A stretch of 64,000 nt of DNA from IMG/VR virus record IMGVR_UViG_3300012347_000391, positions 1 through 64,000 of that record, one strand, 5' to 3'. This stretch comes from a virus. Under the pieces are notes generated by a model that ran no database searches, had not been told where the DNA came from, and was given only the letters and a program-made list of their open reading frames with translations. Below, piece after piece: positions 32,201-39,500 of the stretch (positions are counted from its first letter, which is position 1; each line of letters opens with the position of its first letter). Both the position numbers and the translations under genes were made by a program.

Positions 32201-33008
32201 CTACACTTTTAAGGTCTCTACTATTATTTAGTAAACCATCCCATACAGTATTCTTACCAGTAAGATAGTCATTAACTTTCTTCTGATTCTCTACATCATA
32301 TCTTAAAGATATTTTTAATCTATTGATTTTAAAAGCTAAATCTTTCTCTTGTGTATCTTCTCCTCCAAAAGAACCATTTACTCTAGCTAAAGCTATTTGA
32401 TTATGTTGTTGTTCTAATTCCTCTAGTTGTTTTTGTTTAGCAGGAATAGTCACAGAAAACTCTTTTGCATTATCTATAAGAACAGGTCTTACATCTCTTA
32501 ATTGCTCTTTATTAAGTTTTTTAAATTCTTTCTCTTGAGCTTTTGATTTACCCCAATCAGATTTATCATCTGATAAAGCATCATGTAACCAATAAGCCGG
32601 AGCAAATATGTTTATTCCATTATCATCTATTAGGTCTGTATTCTTAGCACCTAAAGTTTTAAGCTTTTCTTGTCTTTCTTTGTAGTTCAGAAATTTATTA
32701 TCATCTGCTAATTTTTCTTTTAACTTAGATTCAATTTCAGTTTGAGGCTCAAGCAGACCTTCTTTACGTGTTTGCTCTGCCTCTTGTTTTTCTCTAAATG
32801 CTTGAGCCTCTTGATTCTTTTGTTGAATAACCTCATCAAAAGAGCCACCAGAGACTATAGCCTTCTGATATTGAGTCTTAGATGTAGATGTAGCTCCTGT
32901 ATGGTCTGTTAATTGAACACTTTGAGGGATAGAACTTGGACTATTTTCTCCTACACTTTCTAACTCATCAAATAAAGATTTAGCTTTCTCTTTTTTAGGC
33001 TGTTCCAT
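20247..33008 (-). CDS. Giant polyprotein (4253 aa): crAss-like virion RNA polymerase (DPBB) region plus C-terminal zincin-like HExxH domain
   Basis: FRTPTSSHVSGATIEIAGF...QKGLDYDVDKE (nt about 23740-23906; DYDVD at 23745-23759) mirrors the beta-prime motif NRQPSLHRMS...NADFDGD. HEAIH lies at nt 20883-20897 (residues about 4038-4042). Confidence 0.65.
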   Translation of the reverse strand: MEQPKKEKAKSLFDELESVGENSPSSIPQSVQLTDHTGATSTSKTQYQKAIVSGGSFDEVIQQKNQEAQAFREKQEAEQTRKEGLLEPQTEIESKLKEKLADDNKFLNYKERQEKLKTLGAKNTDLIDDNGINIFAPAYWLHDALSDDKSDWGKSKAQEKEFKKLNKEQLRDVRPVLIDNAKEFSVTIPAKQKQLEELEQQHNQIALARVNGSFGGEDTQEKDLAFKINRLKISLRYDVENQKKVNDYLTGKNTVWDGLLNNSRDLKSVGIISTIEDLQTAAIARKSDEVGWDNLDEVEQEVLKSYNKKQETDNLDLAKDRFWYRTGDGTGKSLVFMEGMILTGGVGGAAKGTAQQGTKQLLKAAINNTVERTLARRLTLGAARGAFKILPSVVEVAAASAIAPSTFSNFATDQIGITQLVKDENGEDKILVRDSIEKAFRRDYETAKINLELREKDLLKKTNRSEEEEQELSNISNDIHNLDKEFNSIRSKSIGESLLYGYTETAKEYASEKFVGEGFQKLSNKVSGYITKKLAGTKLGNGIKSISNLNKKGSNLFNNSMVGKISSKAVQHTGVGKLWNGVPAEIMEEIAVQATPTINKDFQDQLEELTNPTFYADVVAQTLLMGGVPVVMGSVNQLRNLEKNIDLTIKRDSIRRTYRAIDSAISEDDLAHHIVMSTGGTGFSIAEYDNQIAKLKQDNKPQAANAMEQKKFYSLAVKAMQTGTLDEFEEALTTLESNATKGTWGFNTNPISADTISNITLAKGKIEALRKTYNKYQNAPNLGEIISLASDKITNKQSIEALNNEIGTQALLAKEELELSGLTKGIDFSMSTLFDKEITDSTEKAAYDSFLQSVDNAKLPAVETYANLLIAKSNLEFAQNSVMKAFNKATAPTYLANQTRLAKFNKQINALLQQKAEETGSSVVTNQDIEIAFFNADKTGLEKEDIEKIKNTFLDFNGVGKIQRQLDEVDRINTLYDTLEQVKQEAILAEPQDIEGDPTVQTQDTEPYDVSENEIQQSIRGEAEVILDNTINPNSVSAQNDDPFADYNPDDYSPLPLSVEEFDEPKKQSTKQAIKNVFDILTKVKGHKPSFQELVYHLLNFIPEDQAESQFDAYKLGWILNEYEDTNFNDVYNTIFDPAKKITENALDTIRGLFTNIETETAVNTSEDLAINTLEQEAAIENKETPIVAFTEENIPVKAIGGNRTLEVEGKLGYNAIAYEEIEDEEGVWKRQTAMTGQLNLEEGSLIDFRPLLHPDKFLPGTKVNVRVAPESSWDKIKSVVSRDEHGKAIVKTFAEIVSEKEVLDPNFRQTKDFNDIVPIFVFEGSTPVAYIHDINWYNVFNVADPTKGSGTIDTNKITPSHIKLIQEGKSNVSTLRNQIVNGNLRELTIKDKKEGAFYTIANRKDSNGDLIPLMTVNEANPQAEIAIQVDQGDLEQGTRKTFESKGNRKIINRKDIIETGGAGHTWNLRRIGTDPVDGKETWRAFKVIRYASEKQLETVKWAWAAYARVNDDTYTKDKVTSYPARDIYAKNVKGTKYEVTEEQANKIIDDIKRITGYNLKNWKDAQAFMKLYVQPKNGDALSNFGRTLYNQPISSFSQHTLNEGLLRNSGMVDIENGIVQDLGVNYSEYLKNNLMTDVKSFNIGTEERPNYITSAQPTITFTYDANQIEEAVPQERVERVAEAMEAAREEIGIVEDVDTILNDFYNLRNTLGFTDSNFSQSPVPMMGIENLKNILNTIPGLTISQEGHIIDFIYNYISSAIDIKYKSKISTKKLVEELDRTYNVIVAPSQKSTEAFFTKLQSLNSQDERVVSAISDANAMLNVFSNIKDYWSAKDVQSTVETKGEVYNGQLSILEKAMLKVNKTSDIKEEAKVNDEEDQNEQDNSERTSSFDDDSSLTESGKQKTTYRLRRFMAGIEKLNDDFSTKKGFLGLPEYVGFNEVFDTLYQLLGTGVYIESDYKIMSSKIASMEVAYPWVKQFIKKLDSADLQIKNEFVTNYRKHALSMKFAMYTTGGTETQLQVYDTNANEIKRVIINTWNNNFKISPLANADNSINKDVAKQLLEQYKSWGTDKANVSDIEVKTWLANFGIVLADKHFKELKEIGFYNKKLIPYNLMFSGSNTFIGGLFKYLNNILEKDTTNFKENKLDHPFGDMNNVIKALSTGEARFTPKTMSKSFRDAGKNVSGVTVPNYLTNRIDDLKRSALTDSKLIDDLGSLSISQDSLIIELLRKDPEFVNKFEVNYLGLTAFKEFGKKSNSFSGIRDLNDIDHDIVKLTGIQDTQQETLTHKKNGFSMRIGRMFMPTMSDKKQMVMLATGIFNFMSESNQAFNKTNSTISFTEDLRELLYNQLALPELKRIMNFHNNIKKTNIVGYDLAAQMFNFIPALNNIKDENGVRMIKHIAVGDKATLENIESIFKPAIMDVLEEVVHNLAKEKMELWRPTFTQTNSKGEVTALPLFDAKYVNTGQGSLEDKFQIGTYDYVLNYMISNTNAFTMLSGDPALYSQNKLFKGNEIPFDVEDDNFFINASKKMGTNIGKRLALMIAPGVTIANSANQDYLQIFLRDDTAEDKDIASNSDYLIKLYHGQEGLDKAQPILDKYYEDKANGNVAGFISERNKLKAMFSDITDYFDIDATDAQEYTTLSEHLIILESLGRISAEQSRIISDKLLRNQHLEKEELGLVFQPIKPVVTSQVVDKAQDVSRVVYIKSSSFPLIPQLTAGTKLDALRIRMEEMENQYGTSVRASYQTANKVGGLTNTVDPYNSVSLANADKSMLRLSRNDFRIQQDVPYKSDSKAEKVSMGTQIFKLLMGDGMMSLDGFNVDGQEMNGHQLNQYYSDSFEKLVNIKKVNLFRELGLSDDGDITNEAQFITKLQKLLEKEAIKRDYPIQDIKGLELDTLYDVKGQPYYEFKIPLWLSTNSNRYESLLNSIVTNRLMKHKIPGSAFVVGSETGFGFQESLVGIDQSRIIYMDGWNGKELKGVNDNEGTFSKAQVFIPSKFKISDKILIDMFEKKEGEYTYIEKRENGTWRLKDGMIAPELLNQFSFRTPTSSHVSGATIEIAGFLPPEVGDLMIVPKNFTKQKGLDYDVDKETTYQMNYVVDHKTGKITPLTEAHKQDATRRLRELLAKENAMFSSELGLPSMSVFDEIIRLNFDDEFVSELQDSGTDYTNKINMIEAKFDEKLMENAFIKSHLAIYNNSNPEVQKKINKVLSMQFAEEQADFIEGLNEEARKDLIAKEMLANGDTAVVANAGATTANNSFTILSDEYQKQKMALGSAGKMAIGIYSNYVTFHGLTQQVATPLYLSNENPKNEAERTFTNQETNYVKDSKHITIGKITSDGYIGKELTLDGKRSIAEAFAEKQNTATDNEKAQILGRVNINKTTIGVDSLLTLLGFDQDENGNSIPYMFLSQPILKEYTKKLDAGRGITSDFSKDLEEDTIKELVKQYTNGNYIAIKVGNSYEITDKEGQLLEIDSELTGQAFIDGIKYNGQDGKIQAAVLQKFLDLNIYAKNIGKVQSLLNTNNLGKSIIESNITYDNLKTFADNKTVGNVTELIGIFVPIEESIKRPEGYEVVGDYYIKPTTPQGQIVVNGLVTGQNLWGQFFPYNDRFFNEAVNEALLITNVDTTSAYKTIEARQEVIQEAKKYIYSWRGLGVFGDMASTERDRLFIDKSTSSSLASYMNNLQENLIIKNNRLLSKFTYELQTNGTPSLIKFNNTVSDNFDEEYLYNSLAEMIIEDKPLPDWNGEPMSTKTLAQELITYAYVEGGVQEAIQFIKYVPVEYLSEVGVQLNGRFVSANEMFQRMSIGRNPMVFRDVLGISNLNGINSTRTHTFVKQFMQHNPERATRYADDKKFSYLDAAKDSFILNDEEKPKFIVMRGANPKSKLKQDKYKLYENIGANQFQRVSILGTSGMNEYEFGNTNASSILGTKIAPIENINPDNNSTLTFTSETSFIKQGETVEQIITKIKNTKFENYKHLSLIADSILPMLDLNTVVSVEDTTLLIGGAGARGLYDKTKNKIIIDSNQVKGGESTARVFIHEAIHSITKRELDKYYDADGLVLSENAPAHVKALDSVWQAFKQSLPVETLTRVQENKSNFKNKLPHTLTAEDLDMAYGAMDIFEFVSVAMESPVFQTEMSKQPFNETQSIWDKFKEVIIKILSSLNPEITKGSIAEASLSEILNFITEESKLRKENVTFDIPEIRKDSELERMIMERDLAEEEYYNSLKSDPSQDTPDENSVSLSPNLRLPEIKNC

Positions 33009-33038
33009 TGTTAAGAATTTTTTGTAAAGATAATAAAA

Positions 33039-35072
33039 TTAATCATATAACCAGTTGGAAAGTTTTTCTAAAATTACAGGGTCAGTAGTGGGCCAAGTTT
33101 TACTTTTCCCATCATTTGTAGGTATAGTTAAATCTCCTTTTTTATATTTTACTTGTCCATTTTCAATTACGTCTTCTGAATGATATACAGCACCTCCTGT
33201 ATGAGGAATTTTAACATCTCCTGCATTACTCCATTTTTCTAATTGAAGCTTAGTTTTAAGATAATTACTATTCTTGTTTTTATAATCAATCATACTTTGA
33301 GTTTGTACATCATTGATAACAGATACAAAATTCTTACCTCTAATGTTAACTGCCATACCAATACCTAATTTACCTTCATCATCAAATGAAGTAGAAGGAA
33401 CAATTCCTTTACCTCCGGTTTTAAAACCTATAGTTCCTGTACCATCAGTAAGTCTATATTGTATCTCTGTTTGAGCTGGAATTAAGACTTTTCCATCTTT
33501 ACCTAAAGTTGCTGCAGATTTTTGTCCTACAATAGGAACTTGAACTTGTTGAGGTTCTATTACTCCTAAACTCATAAGTTCATTAGCAGTATATTTTTTA
33601 GCACCTAAATCTACATTTTTACCTTTAATATTAACCATAGTACCTTTAGGTATATTTAAAGGAGAGTCTAAGTATAATTGGTCTCCAAATACTCTATCTG
33701 CAACTTGGTCTATTTGCTTAGTAGTCACATCAAAATCTTTCCAAGATAAAGCTCTATTAACAGCTATAGTACCTTGTCCTTGTAGCCAAGTATTAAATTC
33801 TGTTTTATTTTGCTCAGGATTTTTACCTGTTTGTTTTCTATACTTAGTCATTATAGCCTCTTGTCCTGCAAGATTATAATGAGCTTGCTTATATTCATTA
33901 GCAATATCCTTACCTCCCGGTAATTTTAAAATATCTGAAAAGTCTCCTTTTTGTATTCTATTCCAAATAACAGGATTCTTAGTTTTGAAAGTTGCATCAT
34001 TATAATAACCTAAACTATCTTTTATTTTTTGTGCAGCTCTTTGTTTAGAGTTATCTATAGTAGTCATTATCTCACTTCTCTTTCCTGCAAACTCAGACCA
34101 ATCTCTTCCTGCTGTACCTACAACTTTATCTTCTGTAAAGTAAGTTACAATATCTTCTTCTTCTTGTTCTTTAGCATGACTCCATTCTCCTTCTCTAAAA
34201 GCATAAGGATTAACATTAGCATCTTTAGTAATACTATCTTTTTTATATTGATTAGTAAGTATAAAGCTATTGAGGCTATCATTAATATATGCCATAGGGT
34301 CTTCAAAACCTTGAATACCTAGTTGAGTTCTTTGTTTAATTGCAGATATTATTTCAGGAGCAGATTCTAAGTAAGCAGTTGCAGCAGCTTTTAACTTTTC
34401 TGCAGGTACAGCTTCCCAACCTGTATGAGTTTTGTATATCCAATTACCATTAGTATCTAATTTAGCAGCTTCTCCACTATCAGATTTAATATACTTACCT
34501 ACATTTTGATTTAAAATATCTGTTACATTACCTAATTGTAAAGCTTCATCTCCTGAAAATTGATTGTATGCTCCCGATTGAGAATTATATTTAGCACCTT
34601 CTGCTTGTTTATATTTTTCAAGTGCTTGTTTTTTCAATAAATCAATTTGATTAGGGGAATATTTGTCAGGATTCTTTTTAACAGCCTCATCTAATTGAGT
34701 ACTATAGTCTGTATAAGCTTTTCTATTAGATTCTATCTTAGAGATTTCTCCCATAGACCAATCCTTATTAATATCTCTACCTAGAGTACGTATAACATCA
34801 GAATACTTATTGTATTCCATAGGATTTTGTTTGATGTTGTTTACAACCTCATTTATACGATTTTCATAACCACCAATAACTTCTTTAATTCTAGGTTGGT
34901 CTGGACTTAATCCTTGAGCTGTTAGTTTATCTAAAAATGTATTTGCTATACCTATTTCATCATCAACAGCTTTCTCTTTATTCATTAAAGTATTAGCCAT
35001 CAATTGCCAAGGAAGCTGAAACATTTTGTTATCTACAAAAGCAGGTGTAGCTGTTTTATAAAATCTTCCCAT
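33039..35072 (-). CDS. Hypothetical virion-module protein (677 aa)
   Basis: Long ORF within the giant-gene block. No motif recognised. Confidence 0.55.
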   Translation of the reverse strand: MGRFYKTATPAFVDNKMFQLPWQLMANTLMNKEKAVDDEIGIANTFLDKLTAQGLSPDQPRIKEVIGGYENRINEVVNNIKQNPMEYNKYSDVIRTLGRDINKDWSMGEISKIESNRKAYTDYSTQLDEAVKKNPDKYSPNQIDLLKKQALEKYKQAEGAKYNSQSGAYNQFSGDEALQLGNVTDILNQNVGKYIKSDSGEAAKLDTNGNWIYKTHTGWEAVPAEKLKAAATAYLESAPEIISAIKQRTQLGIQGFEDPMAYINDSLNSFILTNQYKKDSITKDANVNPYAFREGEWSHAKEQEEEDIVTYFTEDKVVGTAGRDWSEFAGKRSEIMTTIDNSKQRAAQKIKDSLGYYNDATFKTKNPVIWNRIQKGDFSDILKLPGGKDIANEYKQAHYNLAGQEAIMTKYRKQTGKNPEQNKTEFNTWLQGQGTIAVNRALSWKDFDVTTKQIDQVADRVFGDQLYLDSPLNIPKGTMVNIKGKNVDLGAKKYTANELMSLGVIEPQQVQVPIVGQKSAATLGKDGKVLIPAQTEIQYRLTDGTGTIGFKTGGKGIVPSTSFDDEGKLGIGMAVNIRGKNFVSVINDVQTQSMIDYKNKNSNYLKTKLQLEKWSNAGDVKIPHTGGAVYHSEDVIENGQVKYKKGDLTIPTNDGKSKTWPTTDPVILEKLSNWLYD

Positions 35073-35073
35073 C

Positions 35074-36507
35074 TTATTTCTTTTTTGTTGTATTAATACC
35101 TATAATATTACCTTTAGAATCAAATTGAAAATATTTACTCATTTGATTTAACATTTTCATTTGCATTTGACTTTCAGATATTGCATTTAAATCTTTACCT
35201 GTTTGTTGAATACCTTGCCCTTTAGTTGAAATATCTTGAGCCATTTGAGTATAGAAATTATCTCTATCTTGTCTATCTGCTAAATCTCTGCCTTGTTCTC
35301 CCTGCATTACAACTTGGTCTTTTGTATTTTGAAGATTAGATTTATTACCAAGTATCTGCATCATCTGTTGAGATAAGTTATCATCAACAGTTAACTCTTG
35401 AGCATTAGCTTCTAAATCTATCATAGTGTCTGTAGCTCTTTGTGTGTTAACACTTCTAGAACTATTTCTAGCACTTCTTTTTGTAGCAACAGCCTTTCTT
35501 TTTAATCTAGTTGCAGCATTAGCAGCTTGTGATTTAACAAGACCTAATGTTTCTTCATTAGTTTTTAAAGCATCTTTTCCAAAATTCTCATAAGCATTTA
35601 TATTAGGAGTATCTCCTGCTCTATTTGCTTTAGTATTGGCCATAGGTCCAAAAGCAGACATTAAATTACCCATTATAGATGTTAAATCTCCTGCTGTAGG
35701 TATATGTCCAGTATTAGTACTACTGGTTTCCTCTAATGAAGACATAGGTTGTACACTATTATCTGGAGTAGGTGTAAAATAAGCTTGAGCCTCTGTAGCT
35801 AAAGCTTGGTCATAAGTTGTACCAACAGGAGTTAAAGTACTAACAGGATTTACAGGTAACTGTGTATTAAAGTTATTCATAAAAGTAGGTATAATCTCTT
35901 CCTCTGGAAATACTCCCCCCGGTCCTGTACCTAAAGCAAATTGTTTTTTCATACTTTGAAAATTATCTGCTAACTCCTGCAATTGTAAATCTGATTGCTC
36001 TTCCTTTTCTATATTAGATTTCATTCTATTTACAGAATTTTTAGTAGCTTCATCTCCTTGTCTTGTAGAAGATTTTTTATCTAAATCTAATAATAGATTC
36101 TCTCTAGCTTTTTTTCTTTCAGCCATAGTCTTACCACCAAGTTTTATTCTATCTGAATAAATCTTAGTTCCGGGTTCTACATTAATAGAAATACCTCCGT
36201 TTTCATGAGAAGGCCCTTTAACTTGCACAGGAGCAGAGTTAGGTTCTTCAATTACTTCATCTCCTTCTACCTCAACTTGTCCTGATAAATTATTACCTCC
36301 TAAAGCTGCTACAGGTTTAGGTCCTGCAAATTGAGTTAATAAAGAAGCTGCCATAGGAATAGTATTGGCCCAAATATTACTTTCTCCCTCTATCTTAGCA
36401 TTATCCATTAATAATTGAAACTCAGAAAGAGTTTGGTTAGGATTAACAACAAGTCCTGTGCCTACTGTTCCTGTACCATTAGCACATTTTTTTCTCTTAA
36501 CTTTCAT
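35074..36507 (-). CDS. Hypothetical virion-module protein (477 aa)
   Basis: The stop of the upstream gene abuts its start. The central and C-terminal parts are Gln/Asn/Ser-rich. Contains a GPSHENGGI motif of unknown meaning. Confidence 0.55.
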   Translation of the reverse strand: MKVKRKKCANGTGTVGTGLVVNPNQTLSEFQLLMDNAKIEGESNIWANTIPMAASLLTQFAGPKPVAALGGNNLSGQVEVEGDEVIEEPNSAPVQVKGPSHENGGISINVEPGTKIYSDRIKLGGKTMAERKKARENLLLDLDKKSSTRQGDEATKNSVNRMKSNIEKEEQSDLQLQELADNFQSMKKQFALGTGPGGVFPEEEIIPTFMNNFNTQLPVNPVSTLTPVGTTYDQALATEAQAYFTPTPDNSVQPMSSLEETSSTNTGHIPTAGDLTSIMGNLMSAFGPMANTKANRAGDTPNINAYENFGKDALKTNEETLGLVKSQAANAATRLKRKAVATKRSARNSSRSVNTQRATDTMIDLEANAQELTVDDNLSQQMMQILGNKSNLQNTKDQVVMQGEQGRDLADRQDRDNFYTQMAQDISTKGQGIQQTGKDLNAISESQMQMKMLNQMSKYFQFDSKGNIIGINTTKKK

Positions 36508-36530
36508 CTTACTAAGTATTAAGTTTAATT

Positions 36531-39500
36531 TTATCTCTCTGAAACATTTTTATTTTGTGATATAAAATTAGAGATTAATTTAATATCTGTAAAATTATCA
36601 AATGTTAGTCTAATAACCAAATATTTATCTCTAAAGCTTTCCATTTCCATCCAATTTTTATCATAATCTATAGATAAAGGATTCACAATTTTATCAATAT
36701 AGTATTTAGCTTGTAAAGAAGAAATATCTTTTCTGAACATAGGTATAGTATTATCTATACGTATATCTCTTAATTCATTTACTCTCCAATCTTTTTCAGT
36801 TCTTTCTACAATAACTGAACCGGCTTCATTAGTAGTCTGTTCTATGAGATAGTTTTCATCAAGAGTTTTAGTAACTAAAGATAACTCTCCACTAGTTTGT
36901 TTACTATTATATACTAAGAGTTTATTAAATGTAATATTTTCTTTGTCTAAAAAGTCTTCTGCATTATTATCAAATTGTTTAGCTTCTGTATTAAAAAGAA
37001 TATGTTCAGTTATTTTAGTTTGAGCAGCTCCCATATTATCTACTATCTCTATAACAAAAGAATTAGCAGTACCATAAAAAACTAAATAACTACCTTTCAT
37101 ATTATGTCTATATAAACTAGCTAATCCATTCTTCCAAGAATAAAACTTTTCTTGTACATAAAAATAATAGTCTGGAATATAACTATGCCAACTTAACCAT
37201 AAAGCATCTTTTAAAGAATAACTCATAGTCCATCCTGTATCATATCTTTCTAATTCTAAAGCTTCTCCATCTATATACTCATATATAGTTACAGGTACTT
37301 CTACATCTACTATAACTTCTACAATTATTTCTTCAGGGGGAGTACTTCCTCCTGAAGCACCATCCCAAGATAAGTCTCCATTAGCAAAAGTATAAGTAAA
37401 ATTACCTATTGGATTAGCTGCTCCTTCAGGTACACCGGCAGGTCCAGTAGGACCTTCAGGTATAACTTTATCTTCAAAACTATAAGTACCTCTTAATACT
37501 CCTCCTGTGTTAGTAAATAGAAAACCTACTAAAGACATTGTACCTCCTTTATAAGATTCAGCATCCATGTTCATAATTCCTCCACTAGGATTAAGAACAT
37601 ACCACCAAGCTGCAGCACTAAAAACTATAGATGTTGCTAATGGAAAGTCTTCTTTAATTTTCTTAACATCAATATATACAGATTCTAACCCTGTTCCTGT
37701 ATTATCTCCAGACCAATATAAATAAAGATTAGGAGTGTTAGTACCACTATAACCCATAGGACCAATAATAGTAGGTACTAATAATTTAGTTCTAGTATCT
37801 AAATCTGTACCTCCTGTTACACTATTAAAATTATATTTAAATACTAAAAAATCTGCATCTTTAAATATACTTTGTTTTACATATCTTGTCTCTGATACAA
37901 TCTCATAATCTATTTTAGAAAACTTAAGTCTACAGTTTTCTATACCTAAATAAGTAAAACCATCATTTACTTTATTAAATATAGTTTCTTCTATGTCTCT
38001 AAAGATAATAGTATCTCCTCCTTGGTTACATAATTCATAACCTTCTTCATCAATTATGTTATTAATTACATAATCTTTTTTAGTAATAATAAGTCTTTCT
38101 TTTTTAGTATCATATACAGATAGAAAGCCTACTCCAATAGGATTAGAAGGATTATTATAATAAGGATATAACTTTAAATTATCTAAATAGTATTTATCTA
38201 GTACTTTAAAATTCATATTCTCTTTAAAGAAAGTATAATTACCCATATCAGATATAGGTTTTAAACTTTGTCCATCAAACATATACCATTTCTTATCTCT
38301 ATAAGAAGGAAAAAATATACCATTTTTAGATTTTATCTTTGCCCATCTATGAAGATTACCTGCAGAATTAAACTTATCATCAAGTATTTTCTTAGGAGGA
38401 ATACTAAATAAGTTTCCTGTTCCTATAAAAGATATAATATCTCCAGTAACTCTTTCTTGATTATTATTAGGAAGATACCATAAAGCTTCTTCAGTATGAA
38501 CATATAATCTATCTCCATATCTGAAAGCATCTGTTATCTCTCCTGTTTCTCCTTCAATATCTCTATAGTTATTAGGTAAAAATACTCTAAAGTTATCTGT
38601 TAATTCTTCTTGAAAAGATTGTTGTGACCAATGTATTCTATGTGGAAAATCTTCTTGACATTCAGAACAACAATCATATTCTAAAGCTAAATGATAGAAA
38701 TATTTTTCTTTATTATATCTTTGATAATCAGGATTTACATTATAGTACTCTCCTAGTGCTGCTCCTATATATAATCTATTATCGTTTCTACTAGAATCAT
38801 AACTTAAAAGTTTATTAGCAAAATGATATTCTATCTTACTAGTAGGATACCTAGAAATAGTATTAAAATAGTGTTTACCAAAATACTCCCTCATACTTTC
38901 AGGAGAGTTTGTACCTGATTCTTGTACTCCCGGAGAAGAAAGAAAAGTTGGCATATTAGAAGTCATACCATTTCTTAAAGGTATGTTTACTGCAGTTTCA
39001 AACCATAAATCTGTAATAGTATCTCCTATCCATTGAATTTCATCATCACTAGGACCATCATTAGCTCCTCTATATTCGGCTTTAACCCAATCATCTAATG
39101 TAGTTTCTCTAAGACCTTTGTTATAATCTTCTTCATAAGCTTTAACCATAGCATCTAATTTTATACCCGAAGATAAAAATAATGCTCCTGCTCCTAATAA
39201 AGAGACTCCTGCAGATACTACAATTAAACTTGCTCCTGCTGTAAAAAAAGCTAATACAGCACCTACAACAATTAACAAACCTCCTGCTACATAGTTCCAT
39301 GCAGAAGTTCTACCAGCTCTATTAGCTACTTTATTTTCTAAGAATATAGTATTACAATATCTTACAGGAGCAATATAAGAATCTCCACTAAATACGGTAG
39401 CACTACTTGCTGTTTCTACATTAATACTACATTTAAAATAAGGTAACAATCTATAATTAGAATATGAATCTGCTACTTCTCTTCCAATAATAACATAAGG

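Noticed and set aside
34029-34322. 97-aa plus-strand ORF inside the 677-aa gene
   Set aside because: An antisense shadow ORF.
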